A DNA stretch of 24,000 nucleotides from Cobetia sp. cqz5-12 (GTDB lineage Bacteria; Pseudomonadota; Gammaproteobacteria; Pseudomonadales; Halomonadaceae). The stretch covers positions 2,237,876-2,261,875 of the forward strand of contig NZ_CP044522.1 in the NCBI RefSeq assembly GCF_016495405.1, read 5' to 3'. Of the stretch, positions 14,926-23,152 are shown piece after piece (positions within the stretch are counted from its first letter, which is position 1; the number at the start of each line of letters is the position of its first letter). Under the pieces are notes generated by a model. That model did no database searches. It was not told the DNA's origin and worked only from the letters and a program-made list of their open reading frames with translations. Made by a program: the position numbers and the translations under genes.

Positions 14926-16227
14926 TCACGCCGCCGTCTTGTTGGCCAGCTCGACCTTGGCAAGCTTGATCAGCCCGCCGTAGACGACGAAGGCGACCAC
15001 GACACCCACGACGGGCGGCATGAAGGGGGAGCTCCAGGCACACAGGCAGGCGATGGCGTAGGCGGCGAGGCCCGGCCAGTGGTAATCCACCTTGGGCATC
15101 TCAGCGAGGCGCGGGTACTGGCTCTTATGACCCAGCCAGAAGTTGGCCATGATCACGCCGCCGATCGGCGGAATGAAGGTACCGAGCAGAATCAGGAACG
15201 GGATCAGCCACTCATACATGCCGAGTACCGCCAGCACCGTGCCGATGGCCGCGCCGCCCAGAGTGACACGCTGACGATGCGGGGTACGCAGCAGATTGCA
15301 GCCGGCGATGGCGAAGTTGTAGATGGTGTTGTCCTGGGTGGTCCAGATATTGAGAAACAGCATCAGCACGGCGAGGCTGACCAGCCCCTGGGCGATCATC
15401 ACATCGACGATATCGGCCTGCTGATAGATCATCGCGCCGAGCGCACCGGTCAGCACCATCAGGCCATTGCCGACGAAGAAGGCCGCCAGCGTGGCGATCA
15501 CGGCGATCTTCGGCGAGCGCGCGAAGCGACTCCAGTTGGTCGCCTGGGTGCCACCACTGATGAAGGTACCGATCACCGCCGTGATGGCGGCGGTCAAGCT
15601 CATGGAATCCGTCGGCGTCAGTGCCGCAAGTCCTGCCATGCCGCCGACATCGACCATGCCGGTGTAGAGACTGAACAGGATGAACAGCAGCATGGCCGGC
15701 ACGGCGACCCGTGACAGCATGTCCAGACCGCGATAGCCGATCATCGCCGTCAGACAGAAGGCGAATCCGAAGATGACCATCAGCGGCGTGGTCAGCCATT
15801 CCGGCAAGCCTAGCGTCTTGACCAGCACGATGGCGATGGTCGCGGTGCCCCAGGCGTACCAGCCGATCTGGGTGAAACCGAGCACGAAGTCGGACAGACG
15901 ACTGCCCTTCTCGCCAAAGCACAGGCGGCCCATCAACACCGAGTTAAGGCCGCTCTTGCAGGCGATGTAGGCCAGCGCCGCCGCATAGCTCCCCAGCAGC
16001 AGATTGCCGATCACGATGATCCACATCAGCTCGTTGAGTTCGAAGGCCGCGCCCAGTGACCCACCGGCCCACATGGTGGCGGTGAAGAAGGTGAAGCCGA
16101 GCAGCACCATCGAGGTAGAGAGCAGCCCACGTCGTGCCGAAGCGGGGACTTCGCTCAAGGGATAGTCATTGCCCACAGCCGAGGCCAGCGGTGCAGTCTG
16201 CGAAGTTGATGAGCGGTCATCTGCCAT
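14926..16227 (-). CDS. NCS1-family permease (cytosine/purine/hydantoin permease-like)
   Basis: The track ORF begins at TTG 16254. ATG 16227 (MADDRSS...) is the more likely start. 12-TM profile with CodB-like sequence (GLLSTSMVLLGFTFFTATMWAGGSLG...TQATNWSRFARSP). No codA follows, so the substrate is not established. Confidence 0.85.
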   Translation of the reverse strand: MADDRSSTSQTAPLASAVGNDYPLSEVPASARRGLLSTSMVLLGFTFFTATMWAGGSLGAAFELNELMWIIVIGNLLLGSYAAALAYIACKSGLNSVLMGRLCFGEKGSRLSDFVLGFTQIGWYAWGTATIAIVLVKTLGLPEWLTTPLMVIFGFAFCLTAMIGYRGLDMLSRVAVPAMLLFILFSLYTGMVDVGGMAGLAALTPTDSMSLTAAITAVIGTFISGGTQATNWSRFARSPKIAVIATLAAFFVGNGLMVLTGALGAMIYQQADIVDVMIAQGLVSLAVLMLFLNIWTTQDNTIYNFAIAGCNLLRTPHRQRVTLGGAAIGTVLAVLGMYEWLIPFLILLGTFIPPIGGVIMANFWLGHKSQYPRLAEMPKVDYHWPGLAAYAIACLCAWSSPFMPPVVGVVVAFVVYGGLIKLAKVELANKTAA

Positions 16228-16624
16228 GCGGGATATGTCCTTGGACTCGTACAAGGTGTCGAGTCTCTTCGTGTTGGGCCGAACTGGCCGGGAATGACGT
16301 CGCGATGCCTTGCCGTCCTGCCGCGACGGACACCTTCCTGACGCCCTGGCTGACAGAGCTGGCAGCGAGCGGAAATGTCATCGGGAAGCGACTGGCGGGG
16401 CGTGGCGCACGCTACCCTACCACTACGCAAGAAACGCGCCAGCCCTCGAAATGGCTGATGACAATCACTGCCGCTTGGCAACACTGCAAGCTGTCTGAAG
16501 CGACAGGATCCCTCGCGCCATGGGCATTGATGAGGTGATGCTCGGTGACAGAAATGCCTACCTGAAATTGCACGACGTTGGTGAGCGATAGCCCGAGAAA
16601 GCCTGCCCTGCGACGCGAGAATAC

Positions 16625-16665
16625 AAAAACGCCACGCGCTGCACCTCAGGAGTGCAACGCGTGGC
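16625..16665 (-). terminator. Rho-independent terminator after the YdeP-type oxidoreductase gene
   Basis: 14-bp stem GCCACGCGCTGCAC / GTGCAACGCGTGGC (one mismatch) with a 7-nt loop. Followed by TTTTT on the minus strand (plus-strand AAAAA 16625-16629). Confidence 0.8.
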
Positions 16666-16764
16666 GCTGGGACTGTTCCTCACCCTGACGACATAACCTG
16701 ACCGCATGAGCAGGATGGAGTTTTTTCACTTTTTCCTTGATCACGGGCCCAGCTGGCGACTCCT

Positions 16765-19215
16765 TCAACTGCTCGCCAATACACCCTCCGTGGCATTGAC
16801 CTCCTCGCTGTCCATCAGACGCAATCTGACGGGCACGGATTTCGAGGCCGGCGTATTGCTGCGTGCATCACGGTGATCCAGCGGAATCAGGTCGTTGGTT
16901 TCCGGATAATAGGCTGCCACACAACCGCTCGGGATATCGTAGGCCTTGAGCTTGAAACCGGCCATGCTGCGCTCGACACCATCCTCACTCACGGTTTCCA
17001 TACGCACGCGCTGGCCCTCGGACAGGCCGAGCGTTGCCAGATCCTCAGGGCTGATCATCACCACCATCCGCGTGCCATAGACATCACGATAACGATCGTC
17101 ATTGGAATAGACGGTGGTATTGAACTGATCATGGCCGCGCATGGTGCTGAGCAGGAAGGTACTGTCCATGTCCAGCGTCTCGTGGGTGACCTTGTCGAGA
17201 CCCTGCTCATCGGTGCCAAGTCCCTCGGGGAACAGGAAGTTGGCGCGCCCGGAGTCGGTGTGCCAGATGCGCTCACGCGGGGCGATGCGGATGTGGAAGC
17301 CACCCTGAGCCAGACGCGCGTTATAGTCGGGGAATATCTGCGGGAAGACCTGTTCGATACGGTCGCGAATGCGCGCGTAATCCGCCTGCAGCCAGTCCCA
17401 GTCAAGCGTGGGATGTGCCGGCAGTGTGGCCTTGGCCAGCTGACAGGTGATGGCGATCTCGGAGTGAAGGCTGGCATCCGCCGGCGCCATCACGCCGCGC
17501 GAGGGCGAGACATTGCACATGCCGTCCTCGACACTGGTGGTCTGCTCCGCGCCCTTGCCATCGGCGCCGGCCTGCAGATCCCGCTCGCTATGACCCAGCG
17601 TCGGCAATACCCAGCCGTGCTTGCCGGGATGCAGATGGCTGCGATTGAGCTTGGTGGCGACATGCACCGTCATGTCCAGCTCGTGCACCTTCTCCACGAT
17701 GCGCTTCTGGTCCGGAATCGCGCGAAAGAAGTTGCCGCCCATGCCGATGAAGGCCCGTGTCTCACCGCGCAGAATCGCTTCACAGCATTCGGCGACATCA
17801 TGGCCATTGTCCCGCGGGCACTGGATGTCGAAGACGCGATCGAAGGCATCCAGCATCGCGCCGTTGGGGAGGTTCTCGATACCGACGGTGCGATCGCCCT
17901 GCACGTTGGAGTGGCCGCGCACCGGACAAGGCCCGGCGCCGGGCTTGCCGATATTGCCGCGCAACAACAGCAGATTGACGATCTGCTGGATGGTATCGCC
18001 ACCCCGCGCGTGCTGGGTGATGCCCATGCCCCAGCAACAGATCACGCGCTCGGCTTCCAGATAGGTCTGTGCCGCCTGCTCCAGTGATTCGCGCGACAGG
18101 CCGGACATCTCGACCAGATCCTGCCAGTCGAGCTTGCGGCAGTGATCGGCGAAGGCCTCGAAGCCGTGGGTATGCTGGGCGATGAAGTCATGATCCAGCA
18201 GCCCCACCGCATGCGGATTGCGCTCACGCAGCGCATCGTCGGCCTCGATCACGTACTTGCACATCGCCTGTACGGCAGCGAGATCCCCGCCGATGCGCAG
18301 CTGATGGTACTGGGTGCTGATCTCGACGCCCTTGCCGCTCAGCATGTCCCTGGGCGATTGCGGGTCGGCAAAGCTCACCAGCGCCCGCTCGCGCAGTGGA
18401 TTGAAGCTCACCACCTCGGCGCCACGGCCACGCGCCTCGTGGAGATCGCCCAGCATGCGCGGACTGTTGGTGCCACTGTTCTGACCGAAGATGAAGATGG
18501 CATCGGCCTGCTTGAAGTCCTCGAGATTCACCGTCGCCTTGCCGATGCCGATGGACTCGGGCAAGGCCCGCGAGGTGGTCTCGTGACACATGTTCGAGCA
18601 GTCGGGGAAGTTGTTGGTGCCGTACATGCGCCCGAACAGCGAGAACAGGAAGGCCGCCTCGTTGGAGGTGCGCCCCGAGGTGTAGAACTCGACCTGGTTC
18701 GGGTCGTCATAACTCTTGAGACGCTCACCGATCTCGGCGTAGGCCGCCTCCCAGCTGGTGACCTCATAGCGATCCTCAGCCGCGTTGTAACACAGCGGGT
18801 GCGTCAGGCGCCCTTCCTTCTCCAGATGATGATCCGTCCACTCGCGAAGCTGGCTCACGTTGTTCTGAGCGAAGAGTTCATCGCTGACGCGCTCACGCGT
18901 CGCCTCCCATGCCAGTGCCTTGGCACCGTTCTCACAGAAATTGGCCCCCTTGGGCTTGTCGCCATTCGGCCAGGCACAGCTCGGACAGATGAAGCCATCC
19001 GGCTTGTTCATCTTCATCAGGCTGAGGTGGCCCTTGACGGGCAGATGCTCCTGCCAGATGAAGGTCTCCACTGCCTTGAGCGATGGCCAGCCGCCGCCCG
19101 GTGGACGATCCAGCTGGCTGCCGGAAAGCTCGGCAGACAACTCAGGGGCGTGGGAGCCTTTGCGACTGAAGGTATCCGGGGTGTCGGAGCGGGAGGTGGT
19201 CGCATCGTGTGACAT
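16765..19215 (-). CDS. FdhF/YdeP-family molybdopterin oxidoreductase
   Basis: Trimmed to ATG 19215 (AGGAA lies 7 nt upstream). 816 aa. N-terminal Cys cluster (FICPSCAWP...CENGAK), a molybdopterin-oxidoreductase core and a C-terminal MopB_CT-like region. Overall layout matches YdeP-like proteins. Confidence 0.9.
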   Translation of the reverse strand: MSHDATTSRSDTPDTFSRKGSHAPELSAELSGSQLDRPPGGGWPSLKAVETFIWQEHLPVKGHLSLMKMNKPDGFICPSCAWPNGDKPKGANFCENGAKALAWEATRERVSDELFAQNNVSQLREWTDHHLEKEGRLTHPLCYNAAEDRYEVTSWEAAYAEIGERLKSYDDPNQVEFYTSGRTSNEAAFLFSLFGRMYGTNNFPDCSNMCHETTSRALPESIGIGKATVNLEDFKQADAIFIFGQNSGTNSPRMLGDLHEARGRGAEVVSFNPLRERALVSFADPQSPRDMLSGKGVEISTQYHQLRIGGDLAAVQAMCKYVIEADDALRERNPHAVGLLDHDFIAQHTHGFEAFADHCRKLDWQDLVEMSGLSRESLEQAAQTYLEAERVICCWGMGITQHARGGDTIQQIVNLLLLRGNIGKPGAGPCPVRGHSNVQGDRTVGIENLPNGAMLDAFDRVFDIQCPRDNGHDVAECCEAILRGETRAFIGMGGNFFRAIPDQKRIVEKVHELDMTVHVATKLNRSHLHPGKHGWVLPTLGHSERDLQAGADGKGAEQTTSVEDGMCNVSPSRGVMAPADASLHSEIAITCQLAKATLPAHPTLDWDWLQADYARIRDRIEQVFPQIFPDYNARLAQGGFHIRIAPRERIWHTDSGRANFLFPEGLGTDEQGLDKVTHETLDMDSTFLLSTMRGHDQFNTTVYSNDDRYRDVYGTRMVVMISPEDLATLGLSEGQRVRMETVSEDGVERSMAGFKLKAYDIPSGCVAAYYPETNDLIPLDHRDARSNTPASKSVPVRLRLMDSEEVNATEGVLASS

Positions 19216-19552
19216 GTCAGGATTCCTGGGCAGCGCCTGCTGACATATGAGGCTGCAGCAGACAATAAATGAGCAATACCTCATCTCTTGCTCTCGCGCG
19301 GGGGATTTTCAAGGGCAGTCGGCGTTGCGCCCTTGAAGTTCTTTCGATCCGCCACCAGAGTTGTACATACCTGACACAATGAGCTCGAGAAAATGCGCTG
19401 ACACGGCGAGCCCCTGACAGACGTGAGCCCTCTTCTGAAAAGCTGGCACTCCAAAAGCTTGAAGGTAGAAGCTGAGAGTCCGGCAAGAAGAGAGACAGGC
19501 CACGCGTCTCGCCCAGCCACTCGACAAGCTGACGCTGATGAGGAGCCCGAAC

Positions 19553-19993
19553 ATGACCATCTTTGAAGCCCTGCGTGAGACCCACGACGAACAACGCCGC
19601 CTGCTGGACATGCTGCTCAAGACCGAAGGTGACAGCGAACCGCGCGATGACCTGTTCAAGCGCCTCAAGGAATCGCTCACCAACCATGCGGGAGCTGAGG
19701 AGCGTGCGCTCTACATCCCGATGATGGAACACGACATGACGCAGGAAAAGGCGCGTCACAGCGTGGCCGAGCACCATGAAATCGATGAGCTGGTCGAGAA
19801 ACTCGAGACGACGGACTACAGCTCACCCGGCTGGCTGGCCGCCGCCAAGCAGCTCGAGCATCTGGTGACTCACCATCTGGACGAGGAAGAGCAAGAAGTC
19901 TTCCAGCTGGCCGGTCGCGTCTTCGACGACGCCACCAAGCAGCAACTCGCCGATGAGTACCTGAAGGACATGAAGGCGCGCGAAGCGGCCTGA
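19553..19993 (+). CDS. Hemerythrin-like (HHE cation-binding) domain protein
   Basis: ATG 19553 follows GAGGAG by 7 nt; the track start at 19538 is the SD itself. His/Glu-rich helical motifs: ETHDEQRRLL, NHAGAEERALY, HSVAEHHEIDELV, HHLDEEEQEVF. Confidence 0.85.
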   Translation: MTIFEALRETHDEQRRLLDMLLKTEGDSEPRDDLFKRLKESLTNHAGAEERALYIPMMEHDMTQEKARHSVAEHHEIDELVEKLETTDYSSPGWLAAAKQLEHLVTHHLDEEEQEVFQLAGRVFDDATKQQLADEYLKDMKAREAA

Positions 19994-20047
19994 TACGTCT
20001 CTTTATGCCAAGCGCCTGACGCTCGACATTGACCAAGCGGCAAATGA

Positions 20048-20080
20048 AACGGGCTGGCCACATGATGTGGCCAGCCCGTT
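20048..20080. terminator. Hairpin between convergent hemerythrin-like and methyltransferase genes
   Basis: AACGGGCTGGCCACAT-GAT-GTGGCCAGCCCGTT, a perfect ~14-bp stem. The U-tail is weak on the plus strand and partial (TTCATTT) on the minus strand. Confidence 0.65.
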
Positions 20081-20138
20081 GTCGTTGATGGTGGTCGAGA
20101 AGTTGAGCAAAAGAGGCTGACGCCACGGCCGCACGACC

Positions 20139-20942
20139 TTACCGGCGGCGGCGGCCTTTCTCCCCGGCACCCTTGAATGTGCCACCGGCTCGCTTGCCCT
20201 TCTTCTCTCCCTTGCCCGCCCCTGACCCGGTCTGTGAGGTCGCGGAACGTCCGATATAGCGGGCGATCCAGATCGTATGCTTGGCTCCGGACGTGCCATG
20301 GGCATACACCTGACGCGCCTCGGCCTTGAAACCGGCCCGCGATAGACGCTGCGAGAAGCGCGCATCGGCCGTGGCCGACCACACTGCCAGAATGCCGGCA
20401 GGTCGCAGCGCCTTGGCGCATACCGCCAACCCTTCCGCGCTGTAGAGCCAATCATTGTCGTCAGCGGTCAGCCCCTCCGGGCCATTGTCCACATCCAGCA
20501 TGATGGCATCGAAGCCTGCAGGCGCTTCGCGCAGCACATCGGCCACATCGCGATTCTCGACGGTCGTGCGCGGATTGCGGATCGGATACCCCGCCTTGGC
20601 CCCCAACGGGCCGTCATTCCAGGTGATCACGCCCGGCACCAGCTCGGCGACCACCACCTCGGCATCTGCCCTGAAGTGCGCAAGCGCCGAGGCCAGCGTG
20701 AAGCCCATGCCCAGACCACCGATCAGAACACGCTGCGGCGCCGAGGCCGTACCACGACTCTTGAGCAGGCCAGCAGGAATCTCAGCCAAGGCGTCTTCCG
20801 ATCCATGCATGCGGGTATTCATCAGCTGCCCGCCCTTGCCGCTCTCGATCTTGATGACGAAGTCCTCGCCATACTCGAACAGACACAACGAATCCGTCGT
20901 GCCGGGGATCGGCGCGGTATCGAGCAGCACAAAGCGTTTCAT
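20139..20942 (-). CDS. Spermidine-synthase-like / class I SAM-dependent methyltransferase-fold protein with a Lys/Gly/Arg-rich tail
   Basis: RVLIGGLGMGFTLASAL (G-x-G-x-G SAM/dcSAM loop), VVVAELVP and DAIMLDVDNGP match the spermidine-synthase-like fold family. The last ~35 aa (GSGAGKGEKKGKRAGGTFKGAGEKGRRRR) are low-complexity and basic. Confidence 0.8.
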   Translation of the reverse strand: MKRFVLLDTAPIPGTTDSLCLFEYGEDFVIKIESGKGGQLMNTRMHGSEDALAEIPAGLLKSRGTASAPQRVLIGGLGMGFTLASALAHFRADAEVVVAELVPGVITWNDGPLGAKAGYPIRNPRTTVENRDVADVLREAPAGFDAIMLDVDNGPEGLTADDNDWLYSAEGLAVCAKALRPAGILAVWSATADARFSQRLSRAGFKAEARQVYAHGTSGAKHTIWIARYIGRSATSQTGSGAGKGEKKGKRAGGTFKGAGEKGRRRR

Positions 20943-21193
20943 GGCACATCCATTGAAGGAAAAATGATCATCTGTCAGGTGGCTTCGTGGCCATCCTGAC
21001 TATATTCAACATGACGGACATCTGTTCGACATGGGGGAGCGTTAGTCTAACAGTCAGAACACCAGGCAGGTATCCGCCTGCGCGAAGGCATGAAGTTTCG
21101 CGAATTGACGATAAAAATGAGAGCATGCGCGCATCAAGGCTGGAAGATATTCGCGAATTCTCTAATACTAGCTTTTGAAGAACGCAACACCGT

Positions 21194-21268
21194 CACAGTG
21201 CGAACGATCCCAGTACGACAGATCCCAGTACGACCGATCTCAGTACGAACACTCTCAGTAGAACTGTC
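21194..21268. repeat. 15-bp tandem repeat x5 (consensus CYCAGTACGAMCGAT), intergenic
   Basis: CAGT anchors at 21196, 21211, 21226, 21241 and 21256 are exactly 15 bp apart. Units: CACAGTGCGAACGAT, CCCAGTACGACAGAT, CCCAGTACGACCGAT, CTCAGTACGAACACT, CTCAGTAGAACTGTC. Followed by GACCGAT x2 (21274-21287). Confidence 0.85.
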
Positions 21269-21413
21269 ACGTTGACCGATGACCGATGCGCCAAGACAAG
21301 CGCAGGGGCACGCAGGCAGATGGCCCCCCACCGCCGTCGAGGCAAAGTGACACCGACACCTAGAGAATCACTCAAGATTCCGACTCATCGGAACCCGAAA
21401 AGAGGATATTTCG

Positions 21414-21767
21414 ATGCCGCATACCCATCCGGAGCGACTCGCGACGATCAGTGCCAGCCAGGTCGAGGAACACTTTCGCGATCTCCATCCCATCGTGGCG
21501 TTGGTCTCAGCCACTCGGTTGCTGCAATTCCTCGAACGGGAAGGTCTGACACTGCATGCACACCGAGGCCTGTGCGCCAGCATCATTCGCAAGGCACTGC
21601 CCAGCCTCGAAACCGGCCCCGGGCATGACCCTTCCAATCTGCCGAGTCTGCATGGCATAGAACAGACCCAGGAAAGCGAGCCGCGTATTCCGCTTGCGCA
21701 GACCATGGCAGCGGGTGCCAGTACGCCAGCTACCATGCATGACAAGCATGAGGACATCGCCTCCTGA
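21414..21767 (+). CDS. Hypothetical protein (117 aa), no recognisable family
   Basis: ATG 21414 is preceded by AAGAGGA with a 7-nt spacer. A clean rho-independent terminator follows at 21802-21840. I could not place the protein sequence (MPHTHPERLATISASQVEEHFRDLHPIVALV...). Confidence 0.5.
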   Translation: MPHTHPERLATISASQVEEHFRDLHPIVALVSATRLLQFLEREGLTLHAHRGLCASIIRKALPSLETGPGHDPSNLPSLHGIEQTQESEPRIPLAQTMAAGASTPATMHDKHEDIAS

Positions 21768-21801
21768 CAACCGCCAGGTCTGCTGATGACGCTTCACTCC
21801 G

Positions 21802-21840
21802 ACGCCCAGTTCCGTTCATGCGGAACTGGGCGTTTTAATA
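21802..21840 (+). terminator. Rho-independent terminator after the orphan ORF
   Basis: 13-bp stem ACGCCCAGTTCCG / CGGAACTGGGCGT, loop TTCATG, then TTTTAATATT. Confidence 0.8.
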
Positions 21841-21888
21841 TTGCTAAACAAGAAAATCATCATGAAGGGTTTAATCCGTCGCGATCGT

Positions 21889-21902
21889 CCACAGATCTGT
21901 GG
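21889..21902. promoter_or_regulatory. Perfect 14-bp palindrome CCACAGATCTGTGG upstream of the SDR gene (candidate operator)
   Basis: Read directly. Lies 63-76 nt upstream of ATG 21965. A second inverted repeat, CGTTCAG-CGT-CTGAACG, follows at 21908-21924. Confidence 0.35.
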
Positions 21903-21964
21903 GTAGACGTTCAGCGTCTGAACGCGCATAGCGCATTCACGATCAACGAACCGGAGGTGACGGC

Positions 21965-22819
21965 ATGACTCAGCAACAGCCCCCACAGCATCAGAACCAT
22001 CAACCAGGCGATGAACATCGCATGGACCCCAAGCCCGAATACATCCGCGAGAGCTATCGCGGCAGTGGCAAGCTCACGGGCAAGGTGGCAGTCATCACCG
22101 GAGGCGACAGCGGCATCGGGCGCGCCGCCGCCGTCCACTTCGCGCGCGAAGGGGCCGACTGCATGATCACCCACGTCGGCAGCGAGGAAAAGGACGCTGA
22201 GGAAACCATCCGACTGATCGAGGCCGAAGGTCAGAAGGCCAGCCGCATCGCCGGTGACATCGGTGACCCGGCCTTCTGCCGCAAGGTGATAGAAGGCACG
22301 CTGGAGGAATTCGGCAAGCTCAACATCCTGGTCAACAACGCCGCCGAGCAGTACGACTGGAATGACGTGACCGAGATAGATGACGAGCAGCTCGAACGCA
22401 CCTTCAAGACCAATCTCTTCAGTCACTTCTATCTGATCAAGGCCGCCGTCCCGCATCTTTCCAAGGGCGACTCCATCATCGCCACCTCCTCGGTCAACGC
22501 CTTCAAGGGCAATGACAGCCTGATCGATTACAGCGCCACCAAGGGCGCCATCCAGGGGCTGGTGCGCTCGCTGTCCGGCACGCTGATGGACCGTGGCATC
22601 CGCGTCAATGCCGTGGCCCCCGGCCCGGTCTGGACACCGTTGATCCCCGCCAGCTTCGATGACGACAAGGTCGCCGAATTCGGCAAGCAGGTGCCGATGG
22701 AGCGTCCCGGCCAGCCAAGCGAGATGGGCCCGGCCTACGTCTATCTGGCCAGCGAAGACTCAAGCTATATGACAGGCCAGACGATTCACCTCAATGGTGG
22801 CGTCGTGCTCAACACCTGA
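21965..22819 (+). CDS. SDR-family oxidoreductase (YghA / general-stress-protein-39-like)
   Basis: GGAGG lies 7 nt upstream of the ATG. Motifs: TGGDSGIGRAAA (TGxxxGIG cofactor motif), NNAA, and the catalytic S...YxxxK region (YSATKGAIQGL). The Gln/His-rich N-terminal leader is typical of the YghA/YhxC-type subgroup. Confidence 0.9.
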   Translation: MTQQQPPQHQNHQPGDEHRMDPKPEYIRESYRGSGKLTGKVAVITGGDSGIGRAAAVHFAREGADCMITHVGSEEKDAEETIRLIEAEGQKASRIAGDIGDPAFCRKVIEGTLEEFGKLNILVNNAAEQYDWNDVTEIDDEQLERTFKTNLFSHFYLIKAAVPHLSKGDSIIATSSVNAFKGNDSLIDYSATKGAIQGLVRSLSGTLMDRGIRVNAVAPGPVWTPLIPASFDDDKVAEFGKQVPMERPGQPSEMGPAYVYLASEDSSYMTGQTIHLNGGVVLNT

Positions 22820-22907
22820 TCACGATGCGTCCCCGGTCGCTTCACTGCGCCAGTGGCTGGTGATCACTGCCCAGCCAGCGACGAGACGATCACCACGCAG
22901 CAACACC

Positions 22908-22936
22908 AAAGGCCACCCGATCCGGGTGGCCTTTTT
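22908..22936 (+). terminator. Rho-independent terminator after the SDR gene
   Basis: AAA-GGCCACCCG-ATC-CGGGTGGCC-TTTTT. Confidence 0.85.
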
Positions 22937-23152
22937 CACATTCCCATAGGAGTCCGCTCAAGGAATACGTACCGCGTCTCAGCGCTTGTGCCGCGTTCGA
23001 ATCACCTCTTCTCCTTGCCAGTATCAGGCCCTCCTGTCGGTCCGTATCAGGCATTTCAGACAGCTGAACAGCGTTGGCCTCTCTATTCTGGTAGCAGCCC
23101 AGGAGATGACATGGACAGGAAAGGAACGTCACTCGCGCTGCAGGAGGCCTGC

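Noticed and set aside
16228-16624. TPP or guanidine-I riboswitch in the NCS1 leader
   Set aside because: I could not find the conserved cores on the minus strand (CUGAGA plus ACCUGAUCUGGAUAAUGCCAGCG-like for TPP; GGGA/ACGR/GGUCCGAGAG-like for ykkC). Only a generic long leader is reported.
16873-19212. + strand ORFs 16873..18087 and 18142..19212 opposite the YdeP-type gene
   Set aside because: Shadow frames, for the same compositional reason. The minus-strand product is a coherent 816-aa molybdopterin oxidoreductase.
19444-19460. Sigma-54-type promoter TGGCAC-N5-AAGCT upstream of the hemerythrin gene
   Set aside because: Not called as a feature. The -24 box and GG-N10-GC spacing fit, but the -12 box is AAGC rather than TTGC, and no enhancer-binding-protein gene or upstream activator site is visible. 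It is mentioned only inside a finding.
21090-21275. 61-aa ORF translating the 15-bp array into a pentapeptide repeat (IPVRQ IPVRP ISVRT)
   Set aside because: There is no usable ribosome-binding site, the composition is atypical AT-rich, and all three overlapping frames are open simply because of the repeat. It is better treated as non-coding repeat DNA.
22985-23012. GTTCGAATC T-loop-like motif (22995-23003), a possible tRNA or tRNA-fragment att site before the patatin gene
   Set aside because: The flanking bases cannot form a T-stem (CCGCG versus CACCT), and no acceptor, anticodon or D arms can be drawn. No matching direct repeat is seen elsewhere in the window. Probably chance.
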